From contig NC_043011.1 in NCBI RefSeq assembly GCF_006345805.1, forward strand, positions 65,546,464-65,610,463: DNA of 64,000 nucleotides, written 5' to 3'. The notes beneath the pieces were generated by a model. It had not been told where the DNA came from. It saw nothing but the letters and a program-made list of their open reading frames with translations, and searched no databases. Below, one piece after another: positions 14,101-27,220 of the stretch (the first letter of the stretch is position 1; the number at the start of each line of letters is the position of its first letter). The DNA comes from Octopus sinensis (taxonomy: Eukaryota). Position numbers and translations under genes: made by a program.

Positions 14101-15864
14101 GGGCTGATGCGTTGGGCATTAAGCAAAAATGTTGAGGCGAGAGTGGATGGTTTTAATTGTTTTGGTGTTTTGTTTATTTGATTGCTTTTTAATGGCATGT
14201 GCAGTGGGGTAATAGTGGTGGATGGTGGTGGGTGAGAGCTCGGATGTTTTTTTCCAGTTCTTTTGCTAGATTCATTATAGCTAAAAAAGAGGAAGTAGAG
14301 GTTTCCTGTCTAGGGAACTGTAGGTGACTGTGGTTGTGGTTATTTTTATATGAGTGGTTATTTCTATATGAGTCGTAGGTTTTTTTGCTTTTATTATTAT
14401 TTATAATGTCATTTGTCCGACGAGTCCCCGGGAGATGGGTAAAGGGGCAATCCCTGTGCAAACACAATCTGTCTCGCTGGGAATAGCGGCAGATTTGGGG
14501 ATTCCTTGTTTGGGGATGCGTGCTTTGGCCTTGGCCGGTAGTGCGTCTAGTGTCAGGTAGATGTGTGAAGATGCAGTCACTATTTGTGCAGAGACTCTGG
14601 CGCAGTGAATAACGGCATATTTTGGGGTTTCTTGTTTGTGCCGTGGGGGGCGCGCATTCTGCTTCATATGTTTTTTTAGGTTTTTGTTACTGCAGGTGGT
14701 GATGTGGGGGAAGAGAGCAGTGGTTTCTTATTTGTTATTTTCTTAGTAGTCTTTTTGGTGATAGAAGACGATGGCGGCAGCAGTGGTGATGATGATGATG
14801 GAAATTGTGGTGGTTGCTGTGGGCGAGCTGGCAGAAACGTTAGCACGCCGGGCGAAATGGTTAGCGGTATTTCGTCTGCGTTACGTTGTGAGTTCAAACT
14901 CCGCCGAGGTCGACTTTGCCTTTCATCCTTTCCGCGTCGATAAATTAAGTACCAGTTACGTACTGGGGTCGATGTAATCGACTTAATACCTATGTATGTC
15001 CTTGTTTGTCCCCTCTGTGTTTAGCCCCTTGTGGGTAATAAAGAAATAGGTTGCTGTGAGAGCGGTGAATAGATACTGGCATTCAGTAAATCATCTAATA
15101 TGCTAGAGTTTAGGAGTGGCTGTTGTTGTTGTTGTTGTTTTTGCTGTGGCTGTTATTGTTTCTGTGGCTGTTGTTGTTGTTGTGCTTCACCGATGTTAGG
15201 TGAAAGGATACTATCATTTCGTAGGTCAGCTATTGTGCTGGGAACTAGGAGTGGCTCATTCTGTTGTTGTTGTTGTTGTTGTGGCTGTTGTTGATTTTCT
15301 AGCTGTTGTTGTTCTTGTTGTTGTTGGGCTTGAACAGTGAAAATATAAAGAAGTTTTTCAAAATGGCTTTTAGTTAGAGACTTCGATATGCTTCAGTTTG
15401 CTACGAATCTGTTTGACGGATCGTGTGTTGATTGTTTGCGATGTTTCTTCGGCAATCTCTTTCATACACAAAGAATTTAAATTTTCTGTTTGGGTAAGAG
15501 AGAACCAAGTGTTAATTAAGACATCAATTTCATTATCAGACCAATTTCGTCTGTTGCAGGCTGTTTGTTTTTCTTTTGATTTTTGATATATATATATCTT
15601 CTTTCTCGTGAGTTAAAGAAGTGTATATATAAACAATATTCTCTCTTAAGGGTGTGAGTTTTTGATTATTTGGTTGTTTGAAGATATTAAAAGAAAAACA
15701 AGTGTATATAGCAATTTATAGTTAAATAAAAAACGTACTTACGGGTTTGTAGGCAAACACGTGGTTACAAATATATGTAAGGTCAGTTAGGGTTTGAAAC
15801 TGTGTAGCTTGCTACTGACTTGGGAGAGAGAAATAAAAAGACGTCCGTACAGTTCAACAGAAGC

Positions 15865-15868
<4 letters not shown>
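11103..15868 (-). mobile_element. Near-full-length CR1/Jockey-group LINE (copy B, diverged subfamily), tail-to-tail with copy A
   Basis: Minus-strand fragments: RT (GPLLFIIYIND, FADD), EN (LTETHL, YRPP, MGDFN, SDH), a CCCH region at 14400-14680 and a Myb-like N-terminus at 15370-15590. Multiple frameshifts; same 3' UTR motif as copy A; (TA)n at both ends. Confidence 0.9.
14822..15048 (+). mobile_element. tRNA-derived SINE (family A) inserted in ORF1 of LINE B
   Basis: ggcgagctggcagaaacg...gagttcaaactcc head; 10-bp TSD GGTTGCTGTG at 14812-14821 and 15049-15058. Confidence 0.9.
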
Positions 15869-15917
<49 letters not shown>

Positions 15918-16031
15918 CTTTATTTAAATCAGCAGAAAATTCTACAAAACCTGTTACTCCGAGTAACAGTAAATAAAGCATATTACTCTACCACTGGTAC
16001 TTGAGTAACTCTTTTTTTCACCTTGTCTCAC

Positions 16032-16069
<38 letters not shown>

Positions 16070-16082
16070 TATTTATATATAT

Positions 16083-16155
<73 letters not shown>

Positions 16156-16301
16156 CATATATATTAAAAATGTATTTAAAATGTATATAAAAATATTTCA
16201 GTACCGGTTTCAGTCATTGAGACTTGTTCAAACTGTAACCGGTAATGAAAAGTTTTATATATAATTATTTTAGCATTTCTGCCTTGACTTATTTTCTATA
16301 C

Positions 16302-16338
16302 ATCAACTCGTGTGTTCCTTTTCATCCCTATATAACTG

Positions 16339-16430
<92 letters not shown>

Positions 16431-16441
16431 TAGTTAGATAC

Positions 16442-16472
<31 letters not shown>

Positions 16473-16490
16473 CATACACACATACATACA

Positions 16491-16526
<36 letters not shown>

Positions 16527-18235
16527 CACATATAATTTGGAGATTCGATTTTAAAAAGTGTGCTCTATATAGAATATGATGTATACGGTGTAAATTTATG
16601 GGATATTAATATTATTTGTTGAATCATTCGAAATATGGCTGGGATCATATAACATTCGGGATATTAGCAGTCATTTAGGTTTATTTATGTTTTAAAAACC
16701 CTGCAATAACTCTGCAATCTGAAGATATTAGCCAAAACCGAGTCGATGGCTTGGACATATCTCACAGCCCTGATGTAACACTGGGGATAAATTTGGAAAA
16801 ATTCCGTTGATACAATTCGTATTAGTTATCTAACCATTGTCGATGCGTTAGGTGTTCCTGTATTTCTAAATTTCTGCACATATTAATCCAGCAATAAGCT
16901 AAAGGTGTAACTTATCTGTATACAGGATTAGTCCTTTCGGTTGCTGACGTTTTCGGATAACTAATCTCTCCTTATGCGATGAAATATTTTATTGTGCAGT
17001 CCCCTAATCATGTACTGATGATTTATGGAATTTCACTGAATTTGTGTGCGAAATGTGACCTTGAAACTGTGTGTTCAGGAAGTGTTTATTTACCAATCCA
17101 CAGACGTATATATTTGTTTCCTCTCATATTTTGTATACGTGTTTTGCATATGCTACTCAAGAATTTCGGGATGAAATCCTGGATGTATTTAGCTGCAATT
17201 GAAGTTCTGTATATAAAGCGTATCCAAATGTCTGTCTTGTTCGGAGAGGTTGCAATCTAGGTAAGGGGCCATGCTTTGCCTTTCGAATCAGGAATTGTTG
17301 GTGGTGACAACTTTACATCCTTAATATTCAAAGTGTTCGCCATTTGCATTTAATTATTCTGTGCTACAGGAGTTTTCCGCGTTGCTTCTACGGTGGATTT
17401 TGCTATGATGTTCTAATTCATATGGAATCCTCCAGGATTCTCTTTTTAAACGTTCTTTACATATTGGATAAATATTTTCTTAATGGCAATGAGCGATGAG
17501 AATTTCTAGATGTATCTCTCATTAAAGAGGGTCCAGTCATTCCAATGTTCGATTTATTGCTCTGACGATAGTTTTGACGATGGAAGAAAATCGTTACATC
17601 TGTATTGACATTAATGCTACTTGTAGGACTATACAACAATATAATCCTATGTATACGTTTTTGGTTCTATGGACTTTTGATTCAATATAGGTCATACTAC
17701 GCTTATAAAAGTGGATCTCTCTCATACGGTGTTTTTGAAAGTTGCTTCATTACATCATAGTATGGGAAACGACCAGTATATATTTAATTGATTATTATTT
17801 GATTAATCTCCGTTGGTAGAGGTTTTGTTAATGGAGGATACGTATTCATTTGCTCTGTGCTGGAGTTTATATTTGTTTGTACATTTGTTTATTTCTTTAT
17901 TCTTTTGATACGTTGGACATTTCCACGGAAATTACCTTGGAATAGCAAGATTCATGACGTGAAATCGTGTGATTAAACGGATATTATTGTATTTCATGTG
18001 GGATTTTTTTTAGCTAAATCTCAGACGCACTATCAGATTTTCACTCGTTTATTATTGTTCTAGTTTTATCCTTTTAACTCATGTCGTTATCCGGAAATCA
18101 TTCGTCACACACAATGGAGTGAGTGGAGCAAGAACACAACCGAAATAATAGTGTCAATGAAGAGGTCACAGATGCGAGACGAAAGATTCTCGGACAATGG
18201 ACATGAGTTAAAATAATACAAGAAATTAAATAATA

Positions 18236-18241
<6 letters not shown>
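16302..18241 (-). mobile_element. ~1.9 kb decayed Penelope-like segment, inverted duplicate of 25047-27115
   Basis: Near-identical to the reverse complement of 25047-27115 throughout, including internal microsatellites. Decayed GIY-YIG-like translation (KSNIGMTG, FNERY, KKENPGGFHMN*NIIAKS, HHQQFL). Confidence 0.6.
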
Positions 18242-18325
<84 letters not shown>

Positions 18326-18361
18326 ATTATATATATATATATTATATGTATATTTATATAA

Positions 18362-18702
18362 ATATATATACATATATACGACTGGCTTCTTTCAGTTTCC
18401 GTCTACCAAATCCTCTCACAAGCTTTGGTTGGCCCGGGCCTACAGCAGAAGTCACTTGCCCAAGGTGCCACGCAGTGAGAATGAACCTGAAACCCTCTTG
18501 ATGGTAAACAAGATACCTACCACACAGTCACTATATATATTTATATATATATTTGTTTGTGTGTATTTGTGTGTGTGTGTGTGTGTGTGTGTTATATATG
18601 TATATATATATATATGTATGTATGAATAAGTTTAGTAGATTTGAGGGTTGGAATAACCATCTAAGGGATAAATTTATCCGCAATATTACCGTTATTAACA
18701 AC
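18362..18702 (-). repeat. Left arm of a ~340-bp inverted repeat containing a SINE (family B) fragment at 18378-18532
   Basis: Reverse complement of 21661-22000; contains the SINE body ggcaccttgggcaagtg...ggtagacggaaactgaaagaagcc. Confidence 0.8.
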
Positions 18703-18739
18703 TTCTATTTCTCAGAGTTCTGGTGTCTTTACCCTAATT

Positions 18740-19591
18740 TGTAGAATATTTGTCGAGGAATAATTGTATCTTTTACATTGCCAAAGCAAACCTACCAATC
18801 ATTGCCTAAAGTAATGAATTAAAAGACATAATCACGCATCGAGCTATGGTGCTTAGTAAAAGACAGCCTAAAAACGTGAAAATATTACTAACAAAGGCAA
18901 AATTTGACCTTAGCAACAAGGACCAATCATTCACTCTATCTAAATGCAATGATTGCCGGTGTGGCACATGCCAATTCATACATACCGGCCAATATATAAA
19001 CACAAAAACCGGGAAAATATTCACAAACGCGAATATGAACTGCAAAAGCAGAAATTTAATTTACTGCATCAAATGCTCAAATTGTGAAGAAATATATGTA
19101 GGTCAGACGGGAGCGCACTATCAGAACGCTCGCGTGTTCAACGGCAACAGATTAGAGACACAGAGGTCCGTCAGATACCTATTTCTTTATTACCCACAAG
19201 GGGCTAAACATAGAGGGGACAAACAAGAACACACATAGTTATTAAGTCGATTACATCGACCCCAGTGCGTAACTGGTAATTAATTTATCGACCCCGAAAG
19301 GATGAAAGGCAAAGTCGACCTCAGCGGAATTTGAACTCAGAACGTAACAGCAGACGAAATACCGCAAAGCATTTCGCCCTGCCTGCTGACGCCTCTGCCA
19401 GCTCGCCGCCTCTGCCAGCTCGCCGCCTTATTGTCCGTCAGATACCTTTGAGTAACCACCAAGCAACATGTGGCCAGAAACTATATATAATATTTCCATA
19501 CTACAAATTACAGAGCCCAAGTGAAATCGGGAGGAAAATCAGAGAAAAGAATTTTATTGATAAATTCGAACCCAAGCTATATAAGCAATAA
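18740..19591 (+). pseudogene. Penelope-like element, C-terminal GIY-YIG endonuclease, interrupted by a SINE
   Basis: KCNDCRCGTC...NCKSRNLIYCIKCSNCEEIYVGQTG...REKNFIDKFEPKL*. Confidence 0.85.
19181..19432 (-). mobile_element. SINE family A with a 15-bp TSD and a 17-bp duplicated 5' end
   Basis: TSD GTCCGTCAGATACCT at 19166-19180 and 19433-19447; tctgccagctcgccgcc occurs twice. Confidence 0.9.
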
Positions 19592-20859
19592 TAATAATAC
19601 TTAGATAGCAGGAAAATTATCTTATTTAGGGTTAAAATTCTATAGCCACCACCATCACCACTAGCAACAATAATTAAGGTGCTGACAATGATGATGATGA
19701 CAATTGAAATATAAAAATATAAACATCTCTGACAAAGGCTACTAACAACATATATAAATATAGCCCAACAATTGCTGCTTCGGCCAGGGTCAAGATACAG
19801 GACTCTTGACATGTCCAACAAAGCGTGACGCCTAAACCAATCAGTTCAACCAACCAATAACTTTAAGTAATTGAGTAATACTACACACTGATTGGTCAGA
19901 ATACAGTTTGCAAAACCTAGCACTCTGGAGCCTACCCAGCTGTATTTATAGCACAGAATCAATCATCTTGCTACAGTCAAAAATTGTGAAGCATGACTGT
20001 CACCACTACTACATGAACCTGAAGATTGCCGAATTTAATGCATGGAAGTACTAGTTGAATCAGAATGAACATTTAACATTCTATTATTTTATTTTATTTT
20101 ATTTTATTATATTATATAATATAATCTTATATCATTATAAGATTGTAAATAAAACGTGAAAATCAGACAAGGTTGGAATTCCTTTTATTAATATATTCTT
20201 CTATACACAATCACACACACCAGTATATATATCTCTATATATAGAGATATATATCCGTGTATATATATTTGTTGTGCAAGATTTTTTATGTGAAGTCGTG
20301 TGTTGAAACAGATATTATTATAAAAACACACGCACTATATATTTGGTGTTGCTTTGCTTCAGTGCTATTTATTTTCTACATTAATCTTAATCTTATTTCG
20401 GCACGATTTCTTTCGTCAAACTCTTGTGACCGCATCAGTGGTCCTTTGTTTTCTTCTTTCTTATTTGTGTCTCTCCTTACTAACCGTCAGCCATTTTGTA
20501 TTTCTATTGTATGTCTTCATTTGCTCTTGCTTATATCTCTATGTGCTTCTATGTTTATTTAGTGTGTGTGGGGAGGATGCCTGTAATATTTGTATCATCT
20601 GTTTATATCCGTTCATGCAATTTGTTTTTGTTGTTGTTGTTTTTGTTTATTCTTATTTTGTTCATGTGTTTATATCCACTCATTATTATTATTATTATCA
20701 TTACATATGCTTGTATGTATGTATAAACAACAATACTAGTAATAATAATAATAAATAAAAAATCTTTTAAATTAAAGAAAACAAAAAAAACTTATATAGT
20801 TATTTATATCTATTTTATTATTTATCTGTGTATTTTATTTATTATGTTTTATGTTTTCG

Positions 20860-21330
20860 GTTTTGTTTATATTGTAACCAGTTTAATAGGATCTTCTACC
20901 GTCATATGTTGTGGTGTGTGCTATTGCTCCATTCTAGTTTTCTATTCAGGCTAGGTTTATTTTCTATTATGTGTGTAGCTTCTGTAATTTGTTTGATTGT
21001 TGCATCTGTTCTATGTGTGGACAATATTTTAACTTCTATGTTGTTGATTGATCCTCCGTATTCCTGTCCGGCGTGTTGGTACAGAATCGATGAGTTTTTA
21101 CCTTCCTTGAGTTGTCTCCAATGTCATTTACCCGCTCTCCTATGCTTCTTGCCGCTTCCCCTACGTATGTCGTTGTCTTGTTACTGCATCGTCCCTCTAT
21201 ACATCTTATACTATAGACTACATTTCTAGCTTTACAGTTTGTTTATGGGCTAAATCTACATACAGTACAGTACTTATCCGCACAGGGGGTTCTACTAAAA
21301 GGATAGGTTCTACCGATTATAGATTTGATT
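20860..21330 (-). pseudogene. Second, different Penelope-like GIY-YIG fragment
   Basis: Minus translation PFSRTPCADKYCTVC...NCKARNVVYSIRC...TYVGEAARSIGER...QITEATHIIENKPSLNRKLEW. Its 3' flank (20270-20560) is homologous to 41190-41480. Confidence 0.75.
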
Positions 21331-21404
21331 GGGTTGCAATGTAACACGAAATATATAGTGCGTGTATTTTTTATTGGCTAAATTGGGAAAATTAACATAC
21401 CGAA

Positions 21405-21449
<45 letters not shown>

Positions 21450-21660
21450 TATATATATATACATGTATTGCAAATATGTATAAAGAGTACAAATAGACAG
21501 TCTATTTTTATTGAATTGAAAGGATAATTGGTGTGACTCAATTCATGGGGATCAATATTTCTCGATTTTCTGTTTACTCCAAATTTCATCCCTGTTAAAC
21601 TCATGTTTATCTTTACCTATGCATAAGATTCTAGCATATCTATAGCCACGGTTAATATAG

Positions 21661-22000
21661 GTTGTTAATACCGGTAATATTGCGGATAAATTTATCACTT
21701 AGATGGTTATTCCAACCCTCAAATCTACTAAACCTATTCATACATACATACATATATATACGTATATACACAGACACACACACACAAACAAACAAATACA
21801 CACACACAAATATATATATAAATAGATATAGTGACTGTGTGGTAGGTATATTGTTTAATATCCAGAGAGTTTCAGGTTCATTCTCATTGCGTGGCACCTT
21901 GGGCAAGTGTCTTCTGCTGTAGGCTCGGGCCAACCAAATCTTGTGAGAGGATTTGGTAGACGGAAACTGAAAGAAGCCAGTCGTATATATGTATATATAT
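21661..22000 (+). repeat. Right arm of the ~340-bp inverted repeat, with SINE family B fragment
   Basis: Reverse complement of 18362-18702. Confidence 0.8.
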
Positions 22001-22121
22001 AGATACATATGTATACACACACATATATATATATATATATCATATTAAATTAGAGACAAAACCACTATTAAATTAGTATACACACATATATTAAATGTAT
22101 ACACACACACACACACACATA

Positions 22122-22161
<40 letters not shown>

Positions 22162-22294
22162 TATATTAAATTAGAGACAAAACCACTATTAGGCAAATAT
22201 TAATTATATTTTACTATAAAGTTGGATTCAATCCTAAATCTGATTTTTCCCTCTAAGTTTGGATTTATTCCATAATATATATTATTATTATATA

Positions 22295-22351
<57 letters not shown>

Positions 22352-22441
22352 TACATATATACATAATATATATACATATGTATACATATATATATATATA
22401 TATTTATATATATACATATAAATATATATATATAATATATA

Positions 22442-22507
<66 letters not shown>

Positions 22508-22681
22508 TAAGAAAGTTTGTTTGGTAAAGCACGTGGGTGAATATATAAGAAAATAGTAAAGTGTGAAAAAACGACAGAAGGCTTTAATGTTAAAAAATAT
22601 ATATATTTGTGTCAAAATGTCTGGAGAATATTGGAAAAATTTTTTTCCTTTCCTTAAAATGACATAATTTAAAATTTTTTA

Positions 22682-22721
22682 AAGAAATTACCGGTTTCGC
22701 GTGTAGCTTTTCAAATTTCTT
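22682..22721 (-). ncRNA. Minimal type I hammerhead, U3:A8 core variant (left pLTR copy)
   Basis: Identical to 24810-24849 on the opposite strand. Confidence 0.65.
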
Positions 22722-22847
22722 GTGACGTTATGTTTATATTGCATGGAGTTATCGTTGTATTTATTTTCAGGAGATTTCTAAATAAGGGGAGGTAGTGAGT
22801 GATTTCTTCCGGTGTAAGGGAGATAAAAAAAAAAAACACAAAAAATA

Positions 22848-24619
22848 ATGAAAACTCTATCTTCACTAATTAAAACCCATGAAAAGGAACTGACAACCAA
22901 AGAGATTGATTTCCTAACAAACTTTAAATGCAAACCTAGCCTTTTCTATGGTCTGCCAAAAATTCATAAAAGTCAAATTATAAATGAAGCCATTAAAAAA
23001 TCACCAAAGACATACATACACACACCTAATCCGGGGGACCTAAAACTACGACCCATTGTAGCTGGCCCAACATGTGAAACACACAGACTAAGTCTACTTA
23101 TGGACATCCTCCTGAAACCCTTCCTTAAACATATCGATAGCCATATCAGAGATGACTTAGATATGTTAAACCACCTTCCAAAAAAAACCAAGGAAGAAAC
23201 AATCCTGGTTTCATTTGATGTAGTCAACTTGTATACTAGTATACCTCACAATTATGGACTGGAGGCAATACAGTTCTGGTTAGACCAATTTCCGGAAGAA
23301 ATACCAAAAAGGATCAGTAAGGAATTCATTACTAAATCAATTGAATTCATCCTACACAATAACCACTTCATGTTTGAAAATACATTTTACCGTCAAAAAT
23401 CCGGAATTGCTATGGGTACAAAGGCAGCACCAGTCATTGCGAACTTAACAATGGGATACATGGAAATAATCATTTACCAGGAATCTCTATCAATCTTTGG
23501 AAACCCCCTCTCTCAATACATAAAAGAGAATTGGAAACGATTCCTAGACGATTGTTTCATTCTCTGGAATGAAAACATAGATAAACTCCAAAAATTTAAA
23601 AACCTATTGAACAGCATAAACGCAAATATACAGTTCACAATGGAATACAACCAAAAGGAGCTCCCGTTCTTGGATATACTAATTAAAAATTTAACCTTAA
23701 AAAAGAAACAGACATTTTTTACAAGGCCACAGACGCCAAACAATACCTTCTTTTTAATTCATGCCACCCAAGACACACTAAAACAAACATCCCCTTCAAC
23801 CTTGCAAGAAGGATATGCACAATAGTGTCAGAACAAAATACCAGGAACTTTAGACTGCAAGAACTCAAAAACACCCTAATTGACAGACATTACCCAGCTC
23901 AACTCATAGAGGATGGGATTAGACGTGCAACAGAAATCAACATAGAAACTTTAAGAAAAGTTCAACACAACAACACACCTTCCCCGAAAATACTACCTTA
24001 CATATCTACATACAACCCCAGAAACAAAGAAGCCTTCACCATCATCACCCAGAATTTACCAATACTTCATAAAAACCGAAAATTAAAGGACATTCTAAAC
24101 ATACACCAAATCATTAAAAGCTACAAACAGCCTAAATCACTTAAAAAGATTCTCACAAAGGCAAAATTGTCTTCTAAAATTACGGATGCAAAAGTAAAAA
24201 AATGTGGTAGATCGAACTGTGCAACATGTCCTAACCTATTGGAAGGATCAGAATTCTTCTTTAAAGAGGGACAGAAATTCAAGATCAAATCTAACTTTAC
24301 TTGTGCCTCTGAAAACATAATTTATGTCATTAAATGCTCGGGCTGCCACCAAGACTACGTGGGCTCCACGGGACTATCACTCAGGCGTAGATGCACACTG
24401 CATCGACAACAGATTGCATTCCCAGAATATAGAATGATACCTTTTAGTGAGCACATTGAAAAATGCGCAAAGCAACTACTGCCACAATTTTCAATCTTCC
24501 CATTTTACCAATGTGCTTTCGGATCATCAACACAAATGAGACTGAACAAGGAAACATTCTTCATTGAAAAGTACAAACCCAGACTCAACCATCCGAACAT
24601 ACTGACACAGAGAAATTAA
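22848..24619 (+). pseudogene. Penelope-like RT plus GIY-YIG endonuclease, frameshift near 23700
   Basis: FYGLPKIHK, LRPIV, SFDVVNLYTSIP, YRQKSGIAMG, RFLDD; then IIYVIKC...DYVGSTG. Confidence 0.92.
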
Positions 24620-24809
24620 CAAGGGAAAGGGAAAAACCATCCGAACATACTGACACAGAGAAATGAACAAGGGAAAAGGAAAAAAAAAAAAAAAAATTAA
24701 GCGATTATCTCCCTTACACCGGAAGAAATCACTCACTACCTCCTCTTATTTAGAAATCTCCTGAAAATAAATACAACGATAACTCCATGCAATATAAACA
24801 TAACGTCAC

Positions 24810-24849
24810 AAGAAATTTGAAAAGCTACACGCGAAACCGGTAATTTCTT
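24810..24849 (+). ncRNA. Minimal type I hammerhead, U3:A8 core variant (right pLTR copy)
   Basis: AAGAAAT-TTGAAAA-GC(TACAC)GC-GAAA-CCGG-TA-ATTTCTT: perfect 7-bp stem I, palindromic stem III, GTA triplet, core TTGAAAA in place of CTGANGA. Confidence 0.65.
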
Positions 24850-24980
24850 TAAAAAATTTTTAATTATGTCATTTTAAGGAAAGGAAAAAAATTTTTCCAA
24901 TATTCTCCAGACATTTTGACACAAATATATATATTTTTAACATTTAAGCCTTCTGTCGTTTTTTCACACATTACTATTTT

Positions 24981-25046
<66 letters not shown>

Positions 25047-25054
<8 letters not shown>

Positions 25055-26798
25055 TATTATTTTATTTCTTGTATTATTTTAACTCATGTCCATTGTCCGA
25101 GAATCTTTCGTCTCGCATCTGTGACCTCTTCATTGTCCCTATTATTTCGGTTGTGTTCTTGCTCCACTCACTCCATTGTGTGTGACGAATGATTTCCGGA
25201 TAACGACATGAGTTAAAAGGATAAAATTAGAACAATAATAAACGAGTGAAAATCTGATAGTGCGTGTGTGATTTAGCTAAGAAAATCCCACATGAAATAC
25301 AATAATATCCGTTTAATCACACGATTTCACGTCATGAATCTTGCTATTCCAAGGTGATTTCCGTGGAAATGTCCAACGTATCAAAAGAATAAAGAAATAA
25401 ACAAATGTACAAACAAATATAAACTCCAGCACAGAGCAAATGAATACGTATCCTCCATTAACAAAACCTCTACCAACGGAGATTAATCAAATAATAATCA
25501 ATTAAATATATACTGGTCGTTTCCCATACTATGATGTAATGAAGCAACTTTCAAAAACACCGTATGAGAGAGATCCACTTTTATAAGCGTAGTATGACCT
25601 ATATTGAATCAAAAGTCCATAGAACCAAAAACGTATACATAGGATTATATTGTTGTCTAGTCCTACAAGTAGCATTAATGTCAATACATATGTAACGATT
25701 TTCTTCCATCGTCAAAACTATCGTCAGAGCAATAAATCGAACATTGGAATGACTGGACCCCTCTTTAATGAGAGATACATCTAGAAATTCTCATCGCTCA
25801 TTGCCATTAAGAAAATATTTATCCAATATGTAAAGAACGTTAAAAAGAGAATCCTGGAGGATTCCATATGAATTAGAACATCATAGCAAAATCCACCAAG
25901 CGTAGAAGCAAACACGGAAAACTCTCTGTAGCACAGAATAATTAAATGTCATAATATCAATGGCGAACACTTTGAATATTAAGGATGTAAAGTTGTCACC
26001 ACCAACAATTCCTAATTCGAAAGGCGAAGCATGGCCCCTTACCTAGATTGCAACCTCTCCGAACAAGACATACATTTGGATACGCTTTATATACAGAACT
26101 CCAATTGCAGCTAAATACATCCAGGATTTCATCCCGAAATTCTTGAATAGCATATGCAAAACACGTATACAAAATATGAGAGGAAACAAATATATAAGTC
26201 TGTGGATTGGTAAATAAACACTTCCTGAACACACAGTTTCAAGGTCACATTTCGCACACAAATTCAGTGAAATTCCATAAATCATCAGTACATGATTAGG
26301 GGATTGCCCAATAAAATATTTCATCGCATAAGGAGTGATTAGTTATCCGAAAACGTCAGCAACCAGGTAAGATACTATAGAGAGCCGAAAGGACTAATCC
26401 TGTATACAGATAAGTTACACCTTTAGCTTATTGCTGGATTAATATGTGCAGAAATTTAGAAATACAGGAACACCTAACGCATCGACAATGGTTAGATAAC
26501 TAATACGAATTGTATCAACGGAATTTTTCCAAATTTATCCACAGTGTTACATCAGGGCTGTGAGATATGTCCAAGCCATCGACTCGGTTTTGGCTAATAT
26601 CTTCAGATTGCAGAGTTATTGCAGGGAATTTAAAACATAAGTAAACCTAAATTACTGCTAATATCCCGAATGTTATATGATCCCAGCCATATTTCGAATG
26701 ATTCAACAAATAATATTAATATCCCATAAATTTACACCGTATACATCATATTCTGTATAGAGCATACTTTTTAAAATCGAATCTCCAAATTATATGTG

Positions 26799-26834
<36 letters not shown>

Positions 26835-26864
26835 TGTATGTATGTATGTATGTATGTATGTATG

Positions 26865-26904
<40 letters not shown>

Positions 26905-26954
26905 CATCCATCTATCTATCTATCTTTCTATCTATCTATTTATCTATCTATCTC

Positions 26955-27029
<75 letters not shown>

Positions 27030-27115
27030 CTCTCTCTATCTCTCTCTATATATATACACACACATATATATATATATACTTTTATATAGGGATGAAAAGG
27101 AACACACGAGTTGAT
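25047..27115 (+). mobile_element. Decayed Penelope-like segment, inverted duplicate of 16302-18241
   Basis: See 16302-18241; includes (TATG)n/(TCTA)n at 26795-27050. Confidence 0.6.
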
Positions 27116-27180
27116 ATATGGGAAAATATGTACATCGTAGGAAAGGATTATTAATTGTTGTCCCCTCCGATTAGCGCTGA

Positions 27181-27220
<40 letters not shown>

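Larger units (their letters stand above)
22541..24989 (+). mobile_element. 5'-truncated Penelope-like retroelement with ~285-bp inverted pseudo-LTRs, in (TA)n
   Basis: 22541-22826 is the reverse complement of 24705-24989. An RT/GIY-YIG ORF lies between, and a 47-bp tandem duplication sits at the ORF end. Confidence 0.9.
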
